From: Paraspadella gotoi
Taxonomy: Eukaryota > Animalia > Chaetognatha
Reading direction: 5' to 3'
DNA length: 64,000 bases
Assembly (NCBI GenBank): GCA_051294375.1
Contig: CM119270.1
Span: 6,098,027-6,162,026 of the forward strand
The notes beneath the pieces were generated by a model. The model had not been told where the DNA came from, did no database searches, and worked only from the letters and a program-made list of their open reading frames with translations. Within the stretch, counting starts at the first letter, position 1; each line of letters begins with the position of its first letter. The position numbers and the translations under genes are program-made. Shown one piece after another: positions 1 to 10,764 of this stretch.

Positions 1-58
1 GAAATTTGAAAATATTAAATAGATGAAGCAATCAACGGACGCATATAGCGTATCTCAC

Positions 59-3000
59 CTTTCCCGTCGACCATCAAATGTAATCCAGCGAGGTCAACTC
101 TCGCCCGAGGATCCGTTGGGAAATGAAATCCAAAATCAAACTCTTTTTCCTCTTCTTCGATTTCGGTCTCGCGAGAAACGAACGCCCATTGTCCCGGCGT
201 CAAGAAAGGTAAAAAGTCCTTTATCAATCTGAGAGGAAAAGGGCAGAGAAAGAGGAGAGAAGAACATTTTTAATCTTGGATGGCGAGTGACATTTGACCA
301 CTGATTCGTCTTTATCAAAAAACTATATAAAATAATATATAATAACAAGAATTTATAATATACATAAAATATATTATAAATAATTAAAATATATAAAATT
401 GAATAATCATTATAATTACTTTGTCCCTAACTGGAGCACTGGTCCTTTATCGTCTTTGGAGTAACGATCTACACGAATCCACGTCGAGACCTGAGAAACA
501 AAGAAGCGAATGCAATTCTGCGGACGACGACGACGACGACGACGACAACGATGAAGGAAGAAATAAATCCCAAATGGCGAGATTTAATGTCACATCTTTT
601 CGCTCGGTAATCAATGTCATTAACCTTCACTTTGGATTCGTTATTTTTTGAATATTCCTGCCAAACGACTCTGGCCACGTTCGACGTGCAATTTTCGTTT
701 CTTTTCAAGAAAATAAGGTCGTCTTTTCCTGTTGGGTTCGATTCGTCTAAAAATTAAGATTGATGAATGAATGAATGAATGAATGGATGAATTCAATCAA
801 TCAATCTTGATTCACTTTTTTTGCCATTTTACTTTCTTTTTATCAGTTTTTGCAATCATTTAAATATAATGAATCAGCCCATCAGTAATCAGCCAAGTAT
901 TGTTTTTTAATTTGTCCCTGAATAAAGATACGCCACCGGATGTCACGTAAAAGTTTCCTCCGTCGTGAAAATGAGGAAAGAGAGGCAACTTTCTTCTCAC
1001 TTCCAAGGATTCGTCTGGTCTCCCGTTTACGAAGACTGTTTTGCGCACTAGATCAACGAGAAAATAATTGGTAAAGTTTGAAAAAAATTGAAAAAATAAA
1101 CTAAAAAGAATTCTAATAATTGTTTGTACAAGGACAAGTAAAAAAAAGATTTTTCCTTTTTTAATTTATCTGAATTTAAAAAAAAAAACTGGCTTGTCAT
1201 AAGAATGTGTTTATTTAAGTTTTATATGAAATTGGTACAACCAAAATAAAAATTATCCTAAGTTGTAGTTCATTCAAATAGCGATGTCGCCGGCGATTCA
1301 CGCACGAGTTGCAGGTGTGGTTCTAGTTGGTTGGCGACTTCGCCATGGCGATATCGCCAGGGCTTTGGCGATTTCGCCAGTCCCCCCACTGGCGACCTCG
1401 CCAGTGATAAAAGTAGCGAATATAATGAAAAGCGCAGCTAACACGGGATGAGCATCACCTACAGGCTCCTCTCCCAACCCTAACCCTAAACCAAACCTCC
1501 CGTTCAACTCTGTGCCTCTCCCCTAACCCTAACCCGGGCCTGGGCCTCCCGTACATCTCCATGCCTCAACCCTAACCCTAACCGCCTTTGTTGCATCAAC
1601 CACGGCCCCTCCCCAACCCTAACCCTAAACCAAGCCTTCCGTTCAACTCCGTGCCTCAACCCTAACCCTAACCGCCTTCGATGCATCAACCACGGCCCCT
1701 CCCCCAACCCTAACCCTAAACTAAGCCTCCCGTTCAACTCCATGCCTCTTCCTAACCCTAACCCAGGCCCGGCCTCCCGTACATCTCCGTGCCTCAACCC
1801 TAACCCTTACCGCCTTCGATGCATCAACCATGGGTCCCTCCCCCAACCCTAACCCTAAACCAAGCCTCCCGTTCAACTCCATGCCTCTCCCTTAACCCTA
1901 ACCCAGGCCCGGCCTCCCGTACATCTCCATACCTCAACCCTAACCCTAATCGCCTTTGATATATAAGCCACGGGCCTCTCTCCCAACCCTAACCCTAAAC
2001 CGGGCCCAGGCCTTCCCGTACATCTCCGTGCCTCAACCCTAATCCCTAATGTCCCTCCCCAGTACCTTCCCTAAGCCTAACCTTAACGCGGGCCTCTTGG
2101 TCATCAACAACACCCTCCCTACCCCTATCCCTAAAATTGACATTAATAATAAGCCTAAAATAAACTTAACTTAACTCAACCTTAACCCTAACCCTAAACT
2201 ACTCAACCCTAACCCTAACTACTACCAACTCAACCCTAACCCTAAACCAACTCAACCCTAACCCTAACCCTCGCCATGGCGAAGTCGCCAACCAACTAGA
2301 ACCATTCATTTAATAAATAAGCTATCATGCCCCTGACTTTGGACAGGCTTTGGTGGTTTAAGGCCTCCATCACTCTTACAAGATAATGACATAGCAGGTC
2401 CCTGCAAGCTTTCAATCAAGACTCTCTCACAGTCCCGTTTATTCACTCCCAGAGTACCTGGCTTCCCTATCAATGAAGTGGAAAATATTTCAAAGAATGT
2501 TTCAATTGTATGAAAAGACCACTCCCTTAAGTATTAGATCGGGGAATACTTATTGTACTCCGCACTAGCATCAAAATACAAGGAGCTGAATTTTATGAAA
2601 TTGGTACAACCAATATAAAAATTATATTATATATTATATATTATATAATATTATATTTATATATTATATAACATCTTTGCCAGTTCGTTTCGGCCTTCGG
2701 GACCCTACTCACCGCCTTCACCTTCAACCACAAAATCGGAGAAGCTAAGAGTTTGTTCCTCTTTTCCGAAAAATATAAGGATCACGTAGCCGAAGTCGTC
2801 GATGGGGCCAACCTTTGATATAGAACAATACCAATTCACGGCGACTATCGGACACGTTCTTAGCTTATGATTATAGTTAATGATTAAGTACCTCTATCGT
2901 CTTCTTGACAAATACCCATTGATTTAGAGCACAAGCTTTTGCAATGTATCTGCGAGAAGAAAAAAAATTATTTGATAAAATTTTACTTTCAGCCAGCGGG

Positions 3001-4503
3001 GTTTTGGCGTCTTTGGAAAAAACCACTTAAAATACTTATTTAAAAAAAAAGGTTAACAAAATTATTACTCTAACCCTAAAAGCTCATAACCCAAACCACC
3101 CTTAACCCTAAACCACCCTTAACCCTAAACCCCACCTAACTCCGGTCGGTGAAAGTTAAATTATGCCAAATAGTTTAATATTCTTTATTTTTGGGCTGAA
3201 AGTAAAATTTTTTTTATTTCATTTTGCGTTTCTTGCGAGATTCATCTCATTCTACGCAATCGAAAATCTTGGCAGACATGATACCCTATGAAGACACAAT
3301 TTTTCTTTTTAAATTTATATCTGTCTATTTACTGGTGGGAGACTCCCATTGTTTTGAAGCCGTAGTCTTTGAGGCCATCCGTTAATTCGGGGCAAAAACC
3401 CTCAAATCGAATCCAAATCGAAAAATGAATTGTGGTATTAACCAACTGGGGCAGTTTCCATCCTATCCATTGTGTGCCGCCGGTCATATGGATAATCGTA
3501 AATTTGGATTCCGCTTCTGAAGAAAGATGATTAGTTTGTAACTATATTTATGTCTTTTTAGGTCCCGAGTTATCGTTGCAATATGACAAGCAAAAATATT
3601 TCAAGCAGTACGTTAAAACTTAATTTAAAAAAAAAACATTTTTGAGGTTTTTATTTGAAAAAAAGTTTCTCATTTGATCTAATGAGAAACCTGCTGTTAA
3701 ATGAACAAGTTTGAGCAAACAATGCCGGATCTGCGCACGATCATTAACGGTAAGCATTTGATAAGATAATTAATTTATTTTGAATTAATTAATTAATTAA
3801 TTAATTTATTTATTTTTCTATTTTTTTATAGTAAATGTAAATGCCTGAGATAATTAGCAGTAAGCAGATGATCAGATAACTAATTAATTTATTAATTTAA
3901 GAATTAATTAATTTAATAATTATTTTTGTTTTCACATTCGAAATAGAATATTTTACTTGGGCCGTAAAAGCGAACGAGTTCTCCGCCTCTGGAACTTCCG
4001 TTTGTCGCCGAATCGAAATTATCGCAATCATCATCCTTCTTTAGCCTCAGTCGACATCCGCCACCGATTCTGCCGTCATCAAGGACTACATCCTGCAGAG
4101 AATGCAATACCTAAATTGAAAGATCGATCGAACTGAGTTTAATTCAACCGGCATTCCCTGTACCTCGAAGAAAAATCCCTTGGAGTTCACTTCCGATCGA
4201 AGATACAGGGTGGCGCATTCGGTTAGCGATGAAACGGACCATTCTTTGTCGCTTTCGCAGAAGACTTTTTCTTGGTGGTTTGTACCTTGAAAGGACGAAG
4301 ACCCATAGTAGAATAAATACATAGTATAGTGTTTTAATGAATCAAAGTGATGTGAATTCATTATTACTCTCGAAAATTTTATTTTGTTGTTTCTGGGGTG
4401 ACTCGGATGAGAAGCCAAAGGAAACTTTGTTGAAAGCGAAGATGATTAAAATGTAGCGCTTAAGAAAGTGGCGAGGGAGCTTGTCGTCCTTTAATGGCCA
4501 CAT
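59..4503 (-). CDS. Paralog A: putative secreted protein (signal peptide + degenerate PAN/apple-like module + two CBM-like repeats); last exon lies beyond the window start
   Basis: Ten GT-AG exons with consistent phases and no internal stop: 4503-4368, 4285-4164, 4092-3957, 3516-3333, 2949-2892, 2812-2713, 1047-937, 746-625, 490-420, 228-59. Translation MWPLKDDKLPRHFLKRYILIIFAFNKVSFG...SSLTECATLYL...GGCRL...FSIWIRFEGFCP...ACALNQWVFV...VSTWIRVDRY...TPGQWAFVSRE. Every exon has a same-phase counterpart in paralog B. Domain names are inference from motif spacing. Confidence 0.85.
1318..2304. mobile_element. Non-autonomous TIR element (MITE-like) filled with telomere-like repeats, in intron 6 of paralog A
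   Basis: Perfect 34-bp inverted repeats TGGTTCTAGTTGGTTGGCGACTTCGCCATGGCGA (1318-1351) and its reverse complement (2271-2304). No coding capacity and no clear target-site duplication. Confidence 0.85.
1470..2270. repeat. Higher-order minisatellite of ~46-bp monomers, each with an (AACCCT)2-3 telomere-like core
   Basis: CGTTCAACTC recurs at about 1501, 1640, 1731, 1870 (spacings 139, 91, 139). CGTACATCTCC and CATCAACCA mark the other two monomer types. Confidence 0.85.
2971..3170. mobile_element. Small degenerate MITE-like element with internal CCCTAA-like repeats
   Basis: Imperfect inverted ends TTTTACTTTCAGCCAGCGG and CCGGTCGGTGAAAGTTAAA enclose aaccctaaaccaccctt repeats at about 3070-3140. 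Confidence 0.5.
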
Positions 4504-5464
4504 AGTGTCGTTTGCGCTGCCGTTGTCCAATGATAAAAATCGCATTAAGCTTCTATATCTCAATGCTTTCATTAAAAAAAAAAAGAAGAACCAGTGGTCC
4601 AGTATGTGTTTTGTTACCTTGACTGTTTACCTCAAAAAATCGATGAAACGCTCCATTATCATATTTCTTGTGGATAGGAAATGAGAGAAATAGAGAGACT
4701 CATACAGAGAGAGAGAGAGAATGAAATGAACAGTTAGTGACAGTAATGCTGAAACATGAAACAAAATTCTGCCTAATTTACGGTTTTAATGTTACTTTAT
4801 TTCTCACATCCAGTGAGAGAAGGACAGAACAAGAGCCGGCAAGTGTAAGGTTTTGGGCCCCAGTGACTTTCCTTTGTGGACGTTTATCCCGATGATCACG
4901 TAACCACAAATGAGTGAAACAAATGCACGAAAAGCACAACACGGTTTAGAATTTATTTGGAAAATATAACTAAAATAACCAGTATTCCAAGTGTTAACTA
5001 AAATGACTACGTCTATTTTTTTTTATTTATGCCGCTTTGAATTTTGTCTCATGTGATCCCTTTTTAGGTGGTCACGTGACTTCTCAAGTATAATATATGT
5101 TTACATTAAGTACCTTACCTTCCTACCGAATAGAAAAATAAGTTACTGGAGTTATTAGCATCAAATATATAAGTGGGACAGACCGACCCACCGAACTCTC
5201 ACGAGAAAAATTTGTAACGTATATGCTAACAATTAATTTGCTGCCCTTTTCGCATTCTTATATTCTTACAATTTTATTGCTTTTCGATCTAAATATTATT
5301 TTATACATGAACTTCTTCCTAGTCACTAATTACTATGTTCAAAAGGCCACGAAGCCGGCTCTGAGATATTTCACCCCTAAAAAATAGACAGAAAATATAT
5401 TCTCATTCTCGAACAACTTTAATTATGTCGTAAAACTTGAGAATAATTTTTTTTTCATTTATTT

Positions 5465-8400
5465 TTAGTTTTCCGATCGAAGTTGATTCCTCAAAGATTG
5501 ACACGCTCCACTGGGAAATATCTTCAAATTTTTGTCAATTTGACCAGAGTCGTCGACGGCTCTACGTTCCACTAACAAATAAATCAAAAATTCGATTAAT
5601 AAACGTTTCCATCATTTCAATTTCGAGTCATATCTCTACCTTCATCAATCCCAAAGGCTTTAGTCAAGCTAAATCCAGCCAACTCGATTTTTGCCCGAGG
5701 ATCAACTGGAAAACGAATTCCAAAATCGTTGCCAAGGCTCGACTTTACTTTTCCGTAAATGAACTCGCGAGACAAGAACGCCCATTGGCCAGGTATCAAG
5801 TAGCGGAAGAAATCCGTGATCACTCTGAGAAGATCAGTGGGGAAAAAAAAGGTTCACAGAGTTAATGACTTAGTAGAGAGAGAGAAAGTTAAATTTGGGA
5901 ACAGTAGTTGGTGACGGTGACCCAGTAGCGAGCCGAAGTCGTTTTATATAAAATCATATCTTACTATGTGACAATTAAATTTTTCTAACTTAATGCATGC
6001 TTTATACATTACATATACAATCCTTTATCACATTGATACTTACTTTCTCCCCATTTGAAGCGATGGTCCGTCGTTGTTGGCGAAGCAACGATCCACGCGC
6101 ATCCAAACGGAGATCTGCAAAACGAAGAAGTCAATAGAATAAATCCCCCCATCAGATTTAGCATCTCTTCTATTTGCTGATCCATATCTTAGCCGATTAA
6201 ACCACATTTTTTTTCCTCTTCACCTTCACTTTGGCGTCGTCATCTACTCCCTTCAGCCGCCAGACGACTCTGGCTCCATTTGAGACGCAATTTTCGTTTC
6301 TCTGCATGATAATGATATCGTCTTTTCCCGACGGGTTGGTTTCGTCTAAAAAAAAGCATTACAGATTTTCAGGAATTTCCTACCAATCTATCAATTCAAT
6401 CCATCAATCAATTAATCAATCGCATTTTTAACAATATTCATTAGTTTTTAGTTGAGACGCGAGTACCAGCGCAGCAACTCAATAAGTCACTTTTCGGTCG
6501 GTCGGCATGTCTGGCTATCCATCAGTCTGTCCCACTTACGTTAAAAATGCTTATAACTTGATAACGTGAGCCAAAATTGAATATAGCATGTTAACATCCG
6601 GGTTGCCTGTGATACCCTTTGGGATGGGGCACTGTTGGTTTTGGGGGCTTCCGACCCTCAGTGACGCCTCCAGTCTCTGGCGCGGTTACCCTAGGACGGT
6701 CTCGCTTTGCCAACGCAGAGGGAAATCGTTAGGACTGTGGATGAAACACAACGCTTAATATCGTGTGTTCCAATGGTATTGGCTGAACGATGGTGCATGT
6801 GAGGTGGTGTGAATATACCACCACATTTTGTTTTTTGTATTTGTATTTATTCATACAATAGCTTAAATTTTGGATGTTCTTTTGTTATTTTCGCTATCTC
6901 AAATCTAATTAACTGGTTGTGCTAATTTTTTTTTTTTCTTTAAAGAAATAACAACTATCAAGAAGAAAGATCGGATGCAGTGCGCAACTCAGAATTGGAA
7001 TTGCCTTTCTTGTTTTTAAAGAAGTTGAACCTGAAGTGACGTAAAACGTTCCACCCTCAGAAGTAAGCGGGAAGAGAGGTTTCGAACCTCGAAACGAAAC
7101 GAATTCTTCCGGTTTTCCACGAACGAATAGCGTTCTTCGTACTGGACGTTAAAAAGGAAACGAATAAAAAAAGAGTGAACAGCGTTACTAGTCGCCCCAA
7201 CGGGCTTGTAACACTGTAGCGGCCTCGAATGGCAAAAGACGGTACGAACTGTCCCGCCCGTAATGGCATTATATCTACGTATGTATTCTCTAATATTGAT
7301 TATTGAATTCATTTTTTTTAAAGAAATATGAAAAAAATATATATGAGTTTAATGTTCTCTGTACATCTTTGAGTTTATTTTCATTTGAAATCATACTGAA
7401 AAAAAAAAAGTTTTTTTTTCTTCGGGCCTTGATTTTTCCGTAAACCGAGCTTACCTCCTTCATACTCCACCACGAATTCCGAGAAACTCATAGTCTGATT
7501 GATTTCTTGTTTCTCTTTCGAGAAAATCATTAACACTTGGTTGCGCCCGAGCTTAACGGGTTGCTCAATCTTGGAAAAAAGAATTAGATTTGTAGAGTTT
7601 TAGTTGCGTCATGTCAAATAATATGCAAGATGTGAAGAGATAAGATCATACCCAGATGATGCTATAAGATGATTTAACGCTTCAACTAAGACGTGCCTAC
7701 CTCAATTGTTTCATTGAGAAAGATCCACTGATTCGGCACACAGGCCCTTGCGACGAAACTGTTGACAAAAAAATTGATGATAATTCCCGTGACACCTTTT
7801 TAAAAAGTTCGACCTCGAGTGGCTCTATAGCATTATGATATATGCTTGATATATGCTTGATATATGCTTGATATATGCTTCTTGTCGTCTCCAAATGAAG
7901 TCACGCCAACAGAAAGTGAAAATAGTTCAACCTGTCGGTTTAGATAGATAAATATATTTTGTATAAAATACAATATTTTGGCGACAACAACAACGACAAC
8001 AACAACAACCTTAACGACTCTTGAACTTATATACCGAAATCGTGACCTACGACTTAAGGTCAAATAGTTAACCGACCACTTGATTCGTTTTGACTCTTAT
8101 TGTTATTTTTACTATTGTCTTTTCTCTTTTTGTTATCGTCGTTTTTCTCTCTGAGAATGATTTTGATCATTACGTTTTGTAAATATATTCGTGAAACGTC
8201 TTCTTATTTTTTCTTCAAATCCTGCCAAATCATTTACCACAATAGATGAAAAATATTTTTTTTTAAAAAAGACGGTGAATTCATTATATTATTCAAGTAA
8301 TTTTTATAGTTAGACATCTTAAGTGCTCCTCTCTAGTCAACTCCAATCTTCTTTGCTCCTCTCTACTCTACTCTACTCTACTCTACTCTACTCTACTCTA

Positions 8401-10272
8401 CTCTACTCTACTCTACTCTACTCTACTCTACTCTACTCTACCCCGTGTCCGTTCGCGAGTGACACCAAAAAAATGTGTACCATTTCTTATTGGATAAATA
8501 TTTTTAAAATTTTTTTTCCTCATTCTGTAACAAAGTACTTGACGTTTATTATATTTTAATTTCATAAGATTAATTTGATATTTACTTATATAAAAAAAAT
8601 TTTCTTTAATGGTCATTCAATTTCATCTTCAGTAAAAAACTGAATCTTTTAAAAAAAGGAAATCATTATAAATTAATTATTCATTAAATACTTAAAATTA
8701 TTAAACTTCATTTACACCATTAAATTAAGAATTATCTGGGAATCCTTACGATATAAAATAATTATTCAAAACAGTCAAGAACATGCTCAGGACAGCATTT
8801 CTTTTCTAATTGGACATAATTGTATAAAGAAAACTTAAGATTTACAATTAAAAAAATAAATAAAAAATCATTACTCAAAAATTACTCAACATTCAGATAC
8901 GCTATTGATTAGACCATTAATAGGGATTTTTTATGATATAAATTTTTTTTTAAATTCAATCAAGAACACACTTAAAATGGTCTTTTTTTTCAATTTTACT
9001 GTGTTAGATAAAAAATTAAACAAAGAATAGTAAATGAATTAAACACGAAATGAAACTTATACGTAGAAAACGTCAAGTAGTTTTCCAACTAATGAATTAT
9101 GTTTATTAAATAATTAAAGTATAGTAAAGATTTTTTTGGTGTCACTCGTGTCACTCTACTCTCTACTATATTTACTGATGAGGCCATCCAAAGGTTTTGA
9201 AGCCGACGTTGGTTAGATCTTGGGAGAGACTTGGGCACCTCCCCGCGAATCGAATCCAAAGCGACACCTTAATTTCGATCTTCGAAACGTTGGTTATGTT
9301 CCATCCCAACAAATGATAAAATCCTGTCCAATGGATGATCTTGGAGTTTTTAGGTCCCACGTTCGATTGCGCTAGTAAGGAAAAAAAAAGGATGTTTTAG
9401 GCCCAAACTCCTCATTTCTCTGTATTCTCTTTTGCAATGAAACAGTGATATAGTATGACAAAATAGATTTATGATTTCTTTTTAAATTTATTTTGGGAGA
9501 GCAAAGGTTACTCATTGTCTAATCAGTCAAAGAAAGAAAGACCGAGATGGATTATTTTGACCAGTGGGTCAGAATCGGCACGTAGAAAAAGGAGAGGGAG
9601 TGATGCAGGCTTGTCGCCCCGGATTAATTATGGTTAATAATTTCTTTCATTTTACATCATTCCATTGACTCACTGTAAAAGCGTCCGTGTTCCCCGCCAT
9701 CAGATTTTCCTTTTGCTGTCAGATCGAAATTATCGCAAGTTTCCTTCTTCATCGCCGCTTGACAGACGAGACCGATTCTGCCGTCATCAAGAAAGACATC
9801 CTACAAAAAATACACCAACGAAGGTCAGCCAATTTAGATATAAGAGTGACGATCGGAGCTCAATTCAATCGGGTCACCCTGTACCTTGAAAGTAAATCCA
9901 TCGAACTTCTCTATGGAGCCGTAATACAAGGAGGCGCATTCCGTTATGGAAGAAACGCGTTTTTCTACGACGATTTCTAAATGTTTATTGTTGGAACCTT
10001 AATTGGGAAAGGGAAGAATAAAAGAGCAACGTAGTAAGCTGGTAACGGACTAAGCACTGCGGTAGTTTAAATAATTATGTCTGTACGAGTTTAGATAATT
10101 GTAAGCATCGTTCGCTACATAATTAATATTTACCCTTAAAAATCTTAGTTTCCGGAATGAAAACCGGTGTCACAGGCGTCTTAACGCTTATCATCGCGGT
10201 GGAAACTTTGATGAAGGTGAAAACGCATAACAAATGGTAACAATGGAAACCTTTTGAAATAAAGGGCCCCAT
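5465..10272 (-). CDS. Paralog B: complete 11-exon, 447-aa putative secreted protein (signal peptide + degenerate PAN/apple-like module + two CBM-like repeats)
   Basis: GT-AG exons 10272-10134, 9997-9885, 9800-9674, 9371-9176, 7758-7701, 7569-7455, 7141-7031, 6345-6224, 6114-6044, 5824-5640, 5571-5465 sum to 1344 nt, open to TAA. Translation MGPFISKGFHCYHLLCVFTFIKVSTA...SSITECASLYY...LVCQ...VSLWIRFAGRCP...ACVPNQWIFL...ISVWMRVDRC...IPGQWAFLSRE...QLRSEN*. Four exons have the same length as in paralog A (58, 111, 122, 71 nt). Confidence 0.88.
6445..6550 (+). mobile_element. End fragment of a Helentron/DINE-1-like (HINE) interspersed repeat
   Basis: TTTTTAGTTG...GCAACTC terminal hairpin, then ATAAGTCACTTTTCGGTCGGTC and GTCTGTCCCACTTACGTT. 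The same motif occurs near 5170, 10670-10764, 21126 and 22666. Family assignment rests on resemblance to the HINE layout (terminal hairpin plus GTCC/GGTC microsatellite). Confidence 0.6.
6600..6825 (-). mobile_element. ~226-bp structured short element related to 19991-20223 (solo-LTR-like or SINE-like)
   Basis: The reverse complement begins TGTGGTGGT...ACCACCTCAC and ends GGAGGCGTCACTGAGGGTC...GGGTATCACAGGCAACCC. Both ends match the 19991 element; the middle is unrelated. Confidence 0.6.
8361..8441. repeat. (CTCTA)n pentanucleotide microsatellite
   Basis: About 16 tandem units seen directly. Confidence 0.95.
8456..9148. mobile_element. AT-rich MITE in intron 4 of paralog B
   Basis: Perfect 19-bp inverted repeats CGAGTGACACCAAAAAAAT (8456-8474) and ATTTTTTTGGTGTCACTCG (9130-9148), plus a subterminal inverted TACTTGACGTTT/AAACGTCAAGTA. 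Confidence 0.75.
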
Positions 10273-10434
10273 ATTAAATTGGGCACCGTAGAGGCCAAAG
10301 GAAGATTTGTTGGTGAAGTTTCTCGTCCGGTTCAAAGAGGACGTAAACCAGCAAATTGTGTTTCGATCTGTCTGTGCTCTTGTTACTACTAATAACAAGA
10401 ACGGTAATTCGAATGTGTTGCGCCGCAGTGACTG

Positions 10435-10764
10435 CCTTATCACATGTGTTTCTTGTGACATGACATGACATTATATGACAAAACGATGTGAAATGACATG
10501 ACTGCATGACTACCATAACTTTCTTCGCCCGTGTTTTTATGACAAGCACTGCATCGGAATTTTGTCTTTTGTATTTTATTTCCTGTAGGCGGCGCTAGCA
10601 GTCCCTTAGATTTGAGGTTTTTTCCTGTCTTAACAAATGAGCAACCAACTATATGCCAGTGATGAGCATTTTTAACGTAAGTGGGACAGATATACCGATG
10701 GACTGACATACCGACGGACCGACGGACCGACCGAAAAGTGACTTATAACTTATAGCAACTAAAA
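10435..10764 (-). mobile_element. Longer copy of the Helentron/DINE-1-like (HINE) repeat just upstream of paralog B
   Basis: Colinear, in reverse complement, with 22666-22935: GCTAGCAGTCCCTTA core, TGACA repeats, GACCGACGGACC microsatellite, GCAACTAAAA end. Confidence 0.65.

Noticed and set aside
1298-1797. GLGLG-repeat ORFs on the minus strand
   Set aside because: They are translations of the TTAGGG-like array inside a TIR element, with no splice support.
1470-2270. Repeat-spacer pattern resembling a CRISPR array or a true telomere
   Set aside because: The spacers themselves repeat, there are no cas genes, and the array is intronic and bounded by TIRs.
9175-9215. CTGATGAGGCC hammerhead-like start
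   Set aside because: No correctly placed GAAA; it is the antisense of paralog B exon 4.
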